DNA of 64,000 bases from Eledone cirrhosa (lineage: Eukaryota): positions 18,538,001 to 18,602,000 of the forward strand of contig OZ024742.1 of NCBI GenBank assembly GCA_964016885.1, in the 5' to 3' direction. Below the pieces are notes generated by a model. The model saw only the letters and a list, made by a program, of their open reading frames with translations, was not told the origin of the DNA and did not search any database. Numbering within the stretch: the first letter of the stretch is position 1; every line of letters starts with the position of its first letter. The position numbers were made by a program, and so were the translations under genes. Positions 17,819 through 33,205 of this stretch are shown here, in pieces.

Positions 17819-20800
17819 AATGTAATACCTACCTACAAGGAACTCTATACTATATCTGCCATTCCAGGTGTTATATCTACCTACAAAAACTCTCTATACT
17901 ATATCTGCCACTCCAGATGTAATACCTACCTACAAGAAACTTTATACTATATCAGCCATTCCAGATGTAATACCTATCTACAAGAAACTCTATACTGTAT
18001 CTACCACTCCAGATGTTATACCAACCTACAAGAAACTCTATACTATATCAACCACTCCAGATGTAATACCTACCTAAAAGAAACTCTATACTATATCTGC
18101 AACTCCAGATATAAAACCTACCTACAAGAAACTTTATACTATATCAGCCATTCCAGATGTAATACCTACCTACAAGAAACTCTATCTGCCACTCCAGATG
18201 TAATTATAAGAAACTCTATACTATATCTGCCATTCCACATGTAATACCTACCCACAAGAAACACTATACTATATCTACCACTCCAGATGTTATACCTACC
18301 TACAAGAAACTCTCGAGACTATACCTACCACTCCAGATGTTATACCTACCTACAAGAAACTCTATACTATATCTGCCACTCCAGATGTAATACCTACCTA
18401 CAAGAAACTTTATACTATATCAGCCACTCCAGATGTAAAACCTACCTACAAGAAACTCTATACTATATCTGCCACTCCTGATGTAATACCTACCTACAAG
18501 TAACTCTATACTATATCTGCCATACCAGGTGTTATACCTACCTACAAAAACTCTCTATACTATATCTGCCACTCCAGATGTAATACCTACCTACAAGAAT
18601 CTTTATACTATATCAGCCATTCCAGATGTAATACCTATCTACAAGAAACTCTATACTGTATCTACCACTACAGATATTATACCAACCTACAAGAAACTCT
18701 CTATACTATATCTGCCACTCCAGATGTTATACCTACCTACAGGAAACCCTATACTATATCTGCCATTCCAGATGTAATACCTATCTACAAGAAACTCTAT
18801 ACTATATCTATCACTCCAGATGTTATAAGTACCTACAAGAAACTCTATACTACATCTCAGATTTAATTACCATTCCAGATTTAATACCTACCTACAAAAA
18901 ACTCTCTATACTATATCTGCCACTCCAGATGTTATACCTACCTACAGGAAACCCTATACTATATCTGCCATTCCAGATGTAATACCTATCTACAAGAAAC
19001 TCTATACTATATATGCCACTCCAGATGTAGTACCTACCTACAAGCAACTCTATACTCTATCTGCCACTCTTGATGTAATACCTACCTATAAGAAACTCTA
19101 TGCTATATCTATCACTCCAGATGTAATATCTACCTACCAGAAACTCTATACTATATCTGCGCACTCCAGATGTAATACCTACCTTCAAGAAACCTTATAC
19201 TATATCTGCCATTCCAGATGTAATACCTACCTACAAGAAACTCTATACTCTATCTGCCACTCCAGATGTAATTATAAGAAACTCTATACTATATCTGCCA
19301 TTCCACATGTAATACCTACCCACAAGAAACTCTATACTATATCTACCACTCCAGATGTTATACCTACCTACAAGAAACTCTCGAGACTATACCTACCACT
19401 CCAGATGTAATACCTACCTAAAAGAAACTCTATACTATATCTGCAACTCCAGATATAAAACCTAACTACAAGAAACTCTATACTAAATTCGCCACTCCAG
19501 ATGAAATACTACCTACAAGAAACTCCCTATACTATATATGCCACTCCAGATGTAATACGTACCTACAAGAAACTTTATACTATATCAGCCATTCCAGGTG
19601 TAATGCCTATCTATAACAAACTCTGCACTATATCTGCCACTACAGATGTAATACCTATCTACAAGAATCTCTATACTATATCTATCACTCCAGATGTTAT
19701 ACGTACATACAAGAAACTCTATACTACATCTACCATTCCAGATTTAATACCTACCTACAAAAAACTCTCTATACTATATCTGCCACTCCAGATGTTATAC
19801 CTACCTACAAGAAACCCTATACTATATCTGCCATTCCAGATGTAATACCTATCTACAAGAAACTCTATACTATATATGCCACTCCAGATGTAGTACCTAC
19901 CTACAAGCAACTCTATACTCTATCTGCCACTCTTGATGTAATACCTACCTTTAAGAAACTCTATACTATATCTATCACTCCAGATGTAATATTTACCTAC
20001 CAGAAACTCTATACTATATCTGCCACTCCAGATGTAATACCTACCTTCAAGAAACCTTATACTATATCTGCCATTCCAGATGTAATACCTACCTACAAGA
20101 AACTCTATACTCTATCTGCCATTCCAGATGTAATTATAAGAAACTCTATACCATATCTGCCATTCCACATGTAATACCTACCCACAAGAAACTCTATACT
20201 ATATCAGCCACTCCAGATGTAAAACCTACCTTCACGAAAATCTATACTATATCTGCCACTCCAGATGTAATACCTACCTACAAGTAACTCTATACTATAT
20301 CTGCCATTCCAGGTGTTATACCTACCTACAAAAACTCTCTATACTATATCTGCCACTCCAGATGTAATACCTACCTACAAGAAACTTTATACTATATCAG
20401 CCATTCCAGATGTAATACCTACCTACAAGAAACTCTATCTGCCACTCCAGATGTAATTATAAGAAACTCTATACTATATCTGCCATTCCACATGTAATAC
20501 CTACCCACAAGAAACACTATACTATATCTACCACTCCAGATGTTATACCTACCTACAAGAAACTCTCGAGACTATACCTACCACTCCAGATGTTATACCT
20601 ACCTACAAGAAACTCTATACTATATCTGCCACTACTGATGTTATACCTACCCACAAGAAACTCTATACTATATCGGCCTTCCAGATATAATACCTACCTA
20701 CAAGAAACTCTATACTATATCTGCCACTCCTGATGTAATACCTAACTACAAGAAACTCTATACTATATCTGCCACTCCAGATGTAAAACCTACCTACAAG

Positions 20801-23262
20801 AAACTCTATACTATATCTACCATTCCAAATGTAATACCTACCTACAAGAAACATTATACTATATCTGCCACTCCAAATGTAATACCTACCTACAAGGAAC
20901 TCTATACTATATCTGCCATTCCAGGTGTTATATCTACCTACAAAAACTCTCTATACTATATCTGCCACTCCAGATGTAATACCTACCTACAAGAAACTTT
21001 ATACTATATCAGCCATTCCAGATGTAATACCTATCTACAAGAAACTCTATACTGTATCTACCACTCCAGATGTTATACCAACCTACAAGAAACTCTATAC
21101 TATATCAACCACTCCAGATGTAATACCTACCTAAAAGAAACTCTATACTATATCTGCAACTCCAGATATAAAACCTACCTACAAGAAACTTTATACTATA
21201 TCAGCCATTCCAGATGTAATACCTACCTACAAGAAACTCTATCTGCCACTCCAGATGTAATTATAAGAAACTCTATACTATATCTGCCATTCCACATGTA
21301 ATACCTACCCACAAGAAACACTATACTATATCTACCACTCCAGATGTTATACCTACCTACAAGAAACTCTCGAGACTATACCTACCACTCCAGATGTTAT
21401 ACCTACCTACAAGAAACTCTATACTATATCTGCCACTCCAGATGTAATACCTACCTACAAGAAACTTTATACTATATCAGCCACTCCAGATGTAAAACCT
21501 ACCTACAAGAAACTCTATACTATATCTGCCACTCCTGATGTAATACCTACCTACAAGTAACTCTATACTATATCTGCCATACCAGGTGTTATACCTACCT
21601 ACAAAAACTCTCTATACTATATCTGCCACTCCAGATGTAATACCTACCTACAAGAATCTTTATACTATATCAGCCATTCCAGATGTAATACCTATCTACA
21701 AGAAACTCTATACTGTATCTACCACTACAGATATTATACCAACCTACAAGAAACTCTCTATACTATATCTGCCACTCCAGATGTTATACCTACCTACAGG
21801 AAACCCTATACTATATCTGCCATTCCAGATGTAATACCTATCTACAAGAAACTCTATACTATATCTATCACTCCAGATGTTATAAGTACCTACAAGAAAC
21901 TCTATACTACATCTCAGATTTAATTACCATTCCAGATTTAATACCTACCTACAAAAAACTCTCTATACTATATCTGCCACTCCAGATGTTATACCTACCT
22001 ACAGGAAACCCTATACTATATCTGCCATTCCAGATGTAATACCTATCTACAAGAAACTCTATACTATATATGCCACTCCAGATGTAGTACCTACCTACAA
22101 GCAACTCTATACTCTATCTGCCACTCTTGATGTAATACCTACCTATAAGAAACTCTATGCTATATCTATCACTCCAGATGTAATATCTACCTACCAGAAA
22201 CTCTATACTATATCTGCGCACTCCAGATGTAATACCTACCTTCAAGAAACCTTATACTATATCTGCCATTCCAGATGTAATACCTACCTACAAGAAACTC
22301 TATACTCTATCTGCCACTCCAGATGTAATTATAAGAAACTCTATACTATATCTGCCATTCCACATGTAATACCTACCCACAAGAAACTCTATACTATATC
22401 TACCACTCCAGATGTTATACCTACCTACAAGAAACTCTCGAGACTATACCTACCACTCCAGATGTAATACCTACCTAAAAGAAACTCTATACTATATCTG
22501 CAACTCCAGATATAAAACCTAACTACAAGAAACTCTATACTAAATTCGCCACTCCAGATGAAATACTACCTACAAGAAACTCCCTATACTATATATGCCA
22601 CTCCAGATGTAATACGTACCTACAAGAAACTTTATACTATATCAGCCATTCCAGGTGTAATGCCTATCTATAACAAACTCTGCACTATATCTGCCACTAC
22701 AGATGTAATACCTATCTACAAGAATCTCTATACTATATCTATCACTCCAGATGTTATACGTACATACAAGAAACTCTATACTACATCTACCATTCCAGAT
22801 TTAATACCTACCTACAAAAAACTCTCTATACTATATCTGCCACTCCAGATGTTATACCTACCTACAAGAAACCCTATACTATATCTGCCATTCCAGATGT
22901 AATACCTATCTACAAGAAACTCTATACTATATATGCCACTCCAGATGTAGTACCTACCTACAAGCAACTCTATACTCTATCTGCCACTCTTGATGTAATA
23001 CCTACCTTTAAGAAACTCTATACTATATCTATCACTCCAGATGTAATATTTACCTACCAGAAACTCTATACTATATCTGCCACTCCAGATGTAATACCTA
23101 CCTTCAAGAAACCTTATACTATATCTGCCATTCCAGATGTAATACCTACCTACAAGAAACTCTATACTCTATCTGCCATTCCAGATGTAATTATAAGAAA
23201 CTCTATACCATATCTGCCATTCCACATGTAATACCTACCCACAAGAAACTCTATACTATATC
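17145..23262. repeat. Tandem 3057-bp higher-order duplication in the satellite
   Basis: Identical peptides recur at +3057 (17606/20663, 17868/20925, 18529/21586, 19501/22558). The two blocks abut at about 20202. Confidence 0.9.
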
Positions 23263-26200
23263 TGCCATTCCAGATGTAATACCTATCTACAAGAAACTCT
23301 ATACTATATCTACCACTCCAGATGTTATACCTACCTACAAGAAACTCTCGAGACTATACCTACCACTCCAGATGTAATACCTATCTACCAGACACTCTAT
23401 ACTATATCTGCCACTCCAGATGTTATACCAACCGACAAGAAACTGTATAATGTATCTGCCACTCCACATGTAATACCTACCTACAAGAAACTCTATACTA
23501 TATCTGCCACTCCAGATGTAATACCTACCTAAAAGAATCTTTATACTATATCTGCCGTTCCAGATGTAATACCTACTTACAAGAAACTCTGTACTATAAC
23601 TGCCACTCCAGATGTTATACCTACCTACAAGAAAATCTATACTATACTTGCCTTCCACATGTAATACCTACCTACAAGAAACTCTATACTATATCTGCCA
23701 CTCCAGATGTTATACAAACCGACAAGAAACTATATACTGTATCTGCCACTCCACATGTAATACCTACCTACAAGAAACTCTATACTATATCGGCCTTCCA
23801 GATGTAATACCTACCTACAAGAAACTCTATACTATATCTGCCACTCCTGATGTAATACCTAACTACAAGAAACTCTATACTGTATCTGCCACTCCAGATG
23901 TAAAACCTACCTACAAGAAACCCTATACTATATCTACCATTCCAAATGTAATACCTACATACAAGAAACATTATACTATATCTGCCACTCCAGATGTAAA
24001 ACCTACCTTCACGAAAATCTATACTATATCTGCCACTCCAGATGTAATACCTACCTACAAGTAACTCTATACTATATCTGCCATTCCAGGTGTTATACCT
24101 ACCTACAAAAACTCTCTATACTATATCTGCCACTCCAGATGTAATACCTACCTACAAGAAACTTTATACTATATCAGCCATTCCAGATGTAATACCTATC
24201 TACAAGAAACTCTATACTGTATCTACCACTCCAGATGTTATACCAACCTACAAGAAACTCTATACTATATCAACCACTCCAGATGTAATACCTACCTACA
24301 AGAAACTCTATACTATATCTGCCACTCCAGATGTAATATCTACCTATAAGAAACTCTATACTATATCTATCACTCCCGATGTAATACCTACCTATTAAAA
24401 ACTCGATTCTATATCTGCCATTCCACATGTAATACCTACCCACAAGAAACTCTATACTATATCTGCCACTCCAGATGTAATACCTACCTACAAGAAACCA
24501 TATACTATATCTGCCATTCCAGATGTAATACCTATCTACAAGCAACTCTATACTCTATCTGCCACTCTTGATGTAATACCTACCTTCAAGAAACCTTATC
24601 CTATATCTGCCACTCCAGATGTAATACCTACCTACAAGAAACTTTATACTATATCTGCCATTCCAGATGTAATACCTACCTATAAGAAACTCTATACTAT
24701 ATCTGCCACTCCAGATGTAATACCTACCTACAAGAAACTCTATACTATATCTGCCATTCCAGATGTAATACCTACCTACAAAAAACTCTATACTCTAATT
24801 GCCACTCCAGATGTAATACATACCTATAAGAAACTCTATACTATATCTGTCACTCCAGATGTAATACGTACCTACAAGAAACTATATTCTATATCTGCCA
24901 TTCCACATGTAATACCTACCTACAAGAAATTCTATACTGTATAGGCTACTCCAGATGTAATACCTATCTACAAAAAATTCTATACTATATCTGCCACTCC
25001 AGATGTTATACCAACCTACAAGAAACTCTATACTATATATCGGCCTTCCAGATGTAATATCTACCTATAAGAAACTCTATACTATATCTATCTCACCAGA
25101 TGTAATACCTACCTATAAGCAATTCTATTCTATATCTCCCACTCCAGATGTAATACCTACCTACAAGAAACCTTATACTACATCTGCCATTCCAGATGTA
25201 ATACCTACCTACAAGAAACTCTATACTATATCTACAACTCCAGATGTAAAACCTACCAACAAGAAACTCTATACTATATCCGCCACTCCAGATGTAAAAC
25301 CTACCCACAAGAAACTCTATACTATATCTGCCACTCCAGCTGTAATACCTACCTACAAGAAACTTTATACCATATCTGCCATTCCAGATGTAATAACTAC
25401 CTACAAGAAACTCTGTACTATATCTGCAACTACAGATGTAATACCTATCTACAAGAAACTCTCTATACTATATCTGGCACTCCAGATGTTATACCTACCT
25501 ACAAGAAACTCTATACTATATCTGCCACTCCAGATGTAATACCTACCTACAAGAAACTCTATACTATATCTGCCATTCCAGATGTAATACCTACCTACAA
25601 GAAACTCTACACTATATCCGCCACTCCAGATGTAATACTACCTACAAGAAACTCCCTATACTATATCTGCCACTCCAGATGTAATACCTACCTACAAGAA
25701 ACTCTATACTATATCTGCCACTCCAGATATAATACCTACCTACAAGAAACTTTATAGTATATCAGCCATTCCAGATGTAATACCTATCTACAAGAAACTC
25801 TGTACTATATCTGCCAATACACATGTAATTCCTCTCTACAAGAAACTCTATACTGTATCTGCCACTCCAGATGTAATACCTACCTACAAGAAACTCTATA
25901 CTATATCTGCCATTCCAGATGTAATACCTACCTACAAGATACTCTATACTATATCTACCACTCCAGATGTTATACCTACCTACAAGAAACTCTCGAGACT
26001 ATACCTACCACTCCAGATGTTATACCTACCTACAAGAAACTCTATACTATATCTGGCACTCCAGATGTTATACCTACCTACAAGAAACTCTATATTATAT
26101 CTACCATTCCAAATGTAATACCTACCTACAAGAAACATTATTCTATATCTGCCACTCCAGATGTAAAACCTACCTTCACGAAAATCTATACTATATCTAC

Positions 26201-29200
26201 CACTCCAGATGTAATACCTACCTACAAGGAACTCTATACTATATCTGCCATTCCAGATGTTATACCTACCTACAAAAACTCTCTATACTATATCTGCCAC
26301 TCCAGATATAATACCTACCTACAAGAAACTTTATACTATATCAGCCATTCCAGATGTAATACCTCTCTACAAGAAATTCTGTACTATATCTGCCACTACA
26401 GATGTAATACCTATCTACAAGAAACTCTATACTGTATCTACCACTCCAGATGTTATAGCACCTACAAGAAACTCTATACTATATCAACCACTCCAGATGT
26501 AACAATTATCTACAAGAAACTCTATACTATATCTACCACTCCAGATGTTATACCTACCTACAAGAAACTCTCGATACTATATCTACCACTCCAGATTTTA
26601 TACCTACCTACATGAAGCTCTATACTATATCTGCCACTCCAGATGTAATACCTACCTACAAGAAACTTTATACTATATCTACCACTCCAGATGTAATACC
26701 TATCTACCAGAAACTCTATACTATATCTGCCACACCAGATGTAATACCTACCTACAAGAAACTTCATACTATATCTGCCATTCCAGATGTAATACCTACT
26801 TACAAGTAACTCTGTACTATATCTGCCACTCCAGATGTTATACCTACCTACAAGAAAATCTATACTATATCTGCCTTCCACATGTAATACCTACCTAAAA
26901 GAAACTCTATACTATATCTGCCACTCCAGATGTTATACTAACCGACAAGAAACTGTATACTCTATCTGCCACTCCACATGTAATACCTACCTACAAGAAA
27001 CTCTGTACTATATCTGCCACTCCAGATGTAATACCTACCTACAAGAAACTCTATACTATATCTGCCACTACAGATGTAATACCTATCTACAAGAAACTCT
27101 CTATACTATATCTGCCACTCCAGATGTTATACCTACCTACAAGAAAATCTATAATATATCGGCCTTCCAGATGTAATACCTACCTAAAAGAAACTCTATA
27201 CTATATCTGCAACTCCAGATATAAAACCTAACTACAAGAAACTCTATACTATATCTGCCACTCCAGATGTAATACTACCTACAAGAAACTCCCTATACTA
27301 TATCTGCCACTCCAGATATAATACCTACCTACAAGAAACTTTATAGTATATCAGCCATTCCAGATGTAATACCTATCTACAAGAAACTCTGTACTATATC
27401 TGCCAATACACATGTAATTCCTCTCTACAAGAAACTCTATACTGTATCTGCCACTCCAGATGTAATACCTATCTACAAGAAACTCTATACTATATCTGCC
27501 ACTCCAGATGTAATTCCTACCTACAAGAAACTCTATACTATATCTGCCATTCCAGATGTAATACCTACCTACAAGAAACTCTGTACTATATCTGCCACTA
27601 CAGATGTAATACCTATCTACAAGAAACTCTATACTATATCTACCACTCCAGATGTTATAACTACCTACAAGAAACTCTCGAGACTATACCTACCACTCCA
27701 GATGTTATACCTACCTACAAGAAACTCTATACTATATCTGGCACTCCAGATGTTATACCTACCTACAAGAAACTCTATATTATATCTACCATTCCAAATG
27801 TAATACCTACCTACAAGAAACATTATTCTATATCTGCCACTCCAGATGTAAAACCTACCTTCACGAAAATCTATACTATATCTACCACTCCAGATGTAAT
27901 ACCTACCTACAAGGAACTCTATACTATATCTGCCATTCCAGATGTTATACCTACCTACAAAAACTCTCTATACTATATCTGCCACTCCAGATATAATACC
28001 TACCTACAAGAAACTTTATACTATATCAGCCATTCCAGATGTAATACCTCTCTACAAGAAATTCTGTACTATATCTGCCACTACAGATGTAATACCTATC
28101 TACAAGAAACTCTATACTGTATCTACCACTCCAGATGTTATAGCACCTACAAGAAACTCTATACTATATCAACCACTCCAGATGTAACACTTATCTACAA
28201 GAAACTCTATACTATATCTACCACTCCAGATGTTATACCTACCTACAAGAAACTCTCGATACTATATCTACCACTCCAGATTTTATACCTACCTACATGA
28301 AGCTCTATACTATATCTGCCACTCCAGATGTAATACCTACCTACAAGAAACTTTATACTATATCTACCACTCCAGATGTAATACCTATCTACCAGAAACT
28401 CTATACTATATCTGCCACACCAGATGTAATACCTACCTACAAGAAACTTCATACTATATCTGCCATTCCAGATGTAATACCTACTTTCAAGAAACTCTGT
28501 ACTATATCTGCCACTCCAGATGTTATACCTACCTACAAGAAAATCTATACTATATCTGCCTTCCACATGTAATACCTACCTAAAAGAAACTCTATACTAT
28601 CTCTGCCACTCCAGATGTTATACTAACCGACAAGAAACTGTATACTCTATCTGCCACTCCACATGTAATACCTACCTACAAGAAACTCTGTACTATATCT
28701 GCCACTCCAGATGTAATACCTACCTACAAGAAACTCTATACTATATCTGCCACTACAGATGTAATACCTGTCTACAAGAAACTCTCTATACTATATCTGC
28801 CACTCCAGATGTTATACCTACCTACAAGAAAATCTATACTATATCGGCCTTCCAGATGTAATACCTACCTAAAAGAAACTCTATGCTATATCTGCAACTC
28901 CAGATATAAAACCTAACTACAAGAAACTCTATACTATATCCGCCACTCCAGATGTAATACTACCTACAAGAAACTCCCTATACTATATCTGCCACTCCAG
29001 ATGTAATACCTACCTACAAGAAACTTTATACTATATCCATCATTCCAGGTGTAATACCTATCTATAAGAATCTCTGTACTATATCTATCACTCCAGATGT
29101 TATACGTACCTACAAGAAACTCTATACTATATCTGCCACTCCAGATGTAATACCTACCTACAAGAAACTTTATACTATATCCATCATTCCAGGTGTAATA

Positions 29201-31502
29201 CCTATCTACAAGAATCTCTGTACTATATCTATCACTCCAGATGTTATACGTACCTACAAGAAACTCTATACTATATATGCCACTCCAGATGTAGTACCTA
29301 CCTACAAGCAACTCTATACTCTATCTGCCACTCTTGATGTAATACCTACCTATAAGAAACTCTATACTATATCTATCACTCCAGATGTAATATCTACCTA
29401 CCAGAAACTCTATACTATATCTGCCACTCCAGATGTAATACCTACCTTCAAGAAACCTTATACTATATCTGCCATTCCAGATGTAATACCTACCTACGAG
29501 AAACTCTATACTCTATCTGCCACTCCAGATGTAATTATAAGAAACTCTATACCATATCTGCCATTCCACATGTAATACCTACCCACAAGAAACTCTATAC
29601 TATATCTCCCATTCTAGATGTAATACCTACCTACAAGAAATTCTGTCCTATATCTGCCACTACAGATGTAATACCTATCTACAAGAAACTCTATACTATA
29701 TCTACCACTCCAGATGTTATACCTACCTACAAGAAACTCTCGAGACTATACCTACCACTCCAGATGTTATACCTACCTACAAGAAACTCTATACTATATC
29801 TGCCACTCCAGATGTTATACCTACCCACAAGAAACTCTATACTATATCTGCCTTCCAGATGTAATACCTACCTACAAGAAACTCTATACTATATCTGCCA
29901 CTCCAGATGTAATACCTACCTACAAGAAACTCTATACTATATCTACCATTCCAAATGTAATACCTACCTACAAGAAACATTATACTATATCTGCCACTCC
30001 AGATGTAAAACCAACCTTCACGAAAATCTACACTATATCTGCCACTCCAGATGTAATACCTACCTACAAGAAACTCTATACTATATCTGCCATTCCAGAT
30101 GTTATACCTACCTACAAAAACTCTCGGGACTATACCTACCACTCCAGATGTTATACCTACCTACAAGAAACTCTATCTGCCACTCCAGATGTTATACCTA
30201 CCCACAAGAAACTCTATACTATATCTACCATTCCAAATGTAATACCTACCTACAAGAAACATTATACTATATCTGCCATTCCAGATGTAATACCTACCTA
30301 CAAGAAACTCTGTACTATATCTGCCACTACAGATGTAATACCTATCTACAAGAAACTCTATACTATATCTGCCACTCCAGATGTAATACCTACCTACAAG
30401 AAACATTATACTATATCTGCCATTCCAGATGTAATACCTACCTACAAGAAACGTTATACTATATCTGCCACTACAGATGTAATACCTATCTACAAGAAAC
30501 TCTCTATAATATATCTGCCACTCCAGATGTTATACCTACTTACAAGAAACTCTATACTAAATCTGCTTTCCAGATGTAATATCTACCTAAAAGAAACTCT
30601 ATACTATATCTGCAACTCCAGATGTAAAACCTACCTACAAGAAACTCTATACTATATCTGCCACTCCAGATGTAAAATCTAACTACAAGAAACTCTATAC
30701 TATATCCGCCACTCCAGATGTAATACCTACCTACAAGAAACTCTATACTATATCTGCCACTCCAGATGTAATATCTACCTATAAGAAACTCTATACTATA
30801 TCTATCACTCCAGATGTAATACCTACATATAAGAAACTCTATTCTATATCTGCCATTCCACATGTAATACCTACCCACAAGAAACTCTATACTATATCTT
30901 CCACTCCTGATGTAATACCTACCTACAAGAAACCTTATACTATATCTGCCATTCCAGATGTAATACCTACCTACAAGAAACTCTACTATATCTGCCACTA
31001 CAGATGTAATACCTATCTACAAGAAACTCTATACTATATCTACCACTCCAGATGTTATACCTACCTATAAGAAACTCTCGATACTATATCTACCACTCCA
31101 GATGTAATACTTACCTATAAGAAACTCTATACTATATCTCCCACTCCAGATGTAATACCTACCTACAAGAAACTCTATATTATCTGCCACTCCAGATGTA
31201 ATACCTACCTACAAGAATCTCTATTCTATATCTACCCATCTATATCTTTCAGCTCATTTTCCAAACCTTGTCTTATTTTATCTTCTTCATTCAATCCTTT
31301 CCTTTCTTCTCAGGTTTGCACAATTCCTTCTTTTATTTTCTTTATATTTTCTATTTTATCATTACAACTTCATCTGTTTTTTAAATACATTATTTTTATT
31401 TTTGTTTCTATTCATTATTGGTCAGCAAATAACTTGGAATAATAACTGCCTCAGACAATAGCGACCCGTCCAACTAATGCTTGAATGGGAAGCAGTTTTA
31501 AC

Positions 31503-31647
31503 ATGATGGTGGTGATGATGATGATCATGATGATGGAGGTGGTGTTGGTGGTGGTGATGGTGCTGGTAGTGGTGGTATTGGTGATAGTGGTGGCGGTGGC
31601 GGTAGTTGTTGTGGTGGCGGTAGTGGTGGCGGTAGCGGTGGTAGTGT
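31503..31647. repeat. Imperfect (GAT/GGT/GGC)n trinucleotide microsatellite
   Basis: Directly visible. Confidence 0.85.
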
Positions 31648-31799
31648 TTATATAGATCTGTAAGCTTTTCTCTCGTTTCTTATGTCTTATGAGATCTTTT
31701 AATCTGATCTATTTACCTATCACTTAAATCTGTCTTTTCCAGGTCTGAATACAACAGATTTCTTCCAAAAAATGAAATGAGGAATAAATATAGATAAAG

Positions 31800-31888
31800 A
31801 ATCGACCCCAGTATTTGACTGGTACTTTTTTATCAGTCTAAAATGGATGAAAGGCAAAGTTGATAACGGTGGAATTGGAACTCAGAGA
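31800..31888 (-). mobile_element. Degraded tRNA-derived SINE fragment (MetaSINE-like central domain)
   Basis: Minus strand reads GAGTTCCAATTCC (B-box-like) ... CTTTGCCTTTCATCC ... GATAAAAAAGTACCAGT, homologous to the copies at 32172-32365 and 32756-32870. Confidence 0.7.
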
Positions 31889-31949
31889 ATCCAGAGATTT
31901 GGAACATATTAATTACTCTATTACGTGTTCCAGCCGCGTGGCTGGCCAT

Positions 31950-32112
31950 TGATGCAAAAGGGAGTTTTTTGCTCCTGCTTTTATTTGTCCTTCGCCTTGA
32001 GCTGTGGGTTCATCCAGGATCTTGATCAGTAGAATGTCGAGATCTCTCTTGAAAACATCTACATTCACACCATGTAAATCTCTCAGATTTTTTTGGCAGC
32101 TTATTTAAAATG
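31950..32112 (-). mobile_element. CR1-group LINE 3' fragment
   Basis: Minus-strand translation with one frameshift gives FNKLPKNLRDLHGVNVDVFKRDLDILLIKILDEPTAQG, the N-LP...FK--LD C-terminal signature of CR1/L2-group ORF2. Confidence 0.7.
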
Positions 32113-32171
32113 TTAGGGATCTCTTGAATATGATAAAACTATAATAAAAAGTAGTTTGCTTGAAGTATTAT

Positions 32172-32365
32172 ATATAATTGTTTCTACTTTTGGTACAAGG
32201 CTAGCAATTATCCCAGTGTATTACTGGTACTTTATTTCATCGACCCCGTAAGGATGAAAGGCAAAGTTAACCTCGGCGGGATTTGAATTCAGACCATAAA
32301 GGACCGTAACTCTTTGCTGCAAAGCATGGCGTCCGACCCTCTACCGATACTACCAATCCACCGCC
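32172..32365 (-). mobile_element. tRNA-derived SINE, near full length (MetaSINE-like)
   Basis: Minus strand starts GGCGG, then A-box-like TGGTAGTATCGG, B-box-like ATTCAAATCCC, then TTTGCCTTTCATCCTTACGGGGTCGATGAAATAAAGTACCAG. Confidence 0.8.
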
Positions 32366-32679
32366 CTTGTATATGATATATAATGTGGAAAGAGATATAA
32401 GGTTAAACAGTGCAAAATGGACTTAAGATGAGGTAACGATAAAGTTAGTTACCTGCTAATATTTGTTTTGTTTTTTGTTGTTGCTGTTGTTTATTCTGTC
32501 TTAATACTTCGGGACCTAAGAACTATAACTTATTGAATAACACACTAAGTGAAATAACATGTTGTTCTTAACATAAGATCTATAGTAATTGATTTGTATA
32601 CTATGATACTAATACATACCATTGATCTGTAGCACTAACACTAACATATACTAATACATCATATTACTTTTAGCTGGCT

Positions 32680-32891
32680 ATTATATTATACAAAAAATAT
32701 CGACCCAGTAAGGATGAAATACAAAGTTAACCTCGACCGGATTTGAAAATTACGATCTGAGTTCAAATCCCGTCGAGGTTAATTTTGCCTTTCATCCTTG
32801 CTGGGTCGATAAAATAAAGTACCAGTAATGCACGGAGATAATTGCTGGCCTTATGCCAAAAGTAGAAACAATTATATTATACAAAAAATAT
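32680..32891 (+). mobile_element. 5'-truncated SINE with a fold-back inverted 5' end, flanked by a 21-bp direct repeat
   Basis: 32756-32870 is the same SINE family on the plus strand. 32700-32747 is an inverted copy of 32762-32810. ATTATATTATACAAAAAATAT occurs at 32680-32700 and 32871-32891. Confidence 0.75.
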
Positions 32892-33018
32892 AAATGAATA
32901 AGATAAGATAAAATGAAAAGGTTTCTTTACTTACGAATTAGAAAGGAAAATACCTGTATGAAACACAGAATACTCAACAACGGAAAACTGTGAAATTCCT
33001 CGTACCCACCCCACATAC

Positions 33019-33137
<119 letters not shown>

Positions 33138-33205
33138 CCAAAATTATCCCCTGTGATTGTTTCATATGTTTATTTATATGTTAATCAATTTCTAGTTGTT
33201 ATAAA

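Larger units (their letters stand above)
1..31236. repeat. 48-bp tandem satellite array (about 650 units; open at the left window edge)
   Basis: Consensus TATACTATATCTGCCACTCCAGATGTAATACCTACCTACAAGAAACTC repeats continuously with point variants and short indels until about 31236, where unique AT-rich sequence starts. Confidence 0.97.

Noticed and set aside
458-30998. Dozens of ORFs with 16-aa repeats (mucin-like TISATPDVIPTYKKLY, Cys/His-rich YYICHSRCNTYLQETL)
   Set aside because: They follow from a stop-free 48-bp monomer. Frames switch at frequent indels, there are no unique N- or C-terminal domains, and both strands are open.
1-31236. CRISPR-like array
   Set aside because: Units are contiguous with no unique spacers, there are no cas genes, and the context is eukaryotic.
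1-31236. Ribozyme-bearing satellite
   Set aside because: The consensus monomer has no CUGANGA core on either strand.
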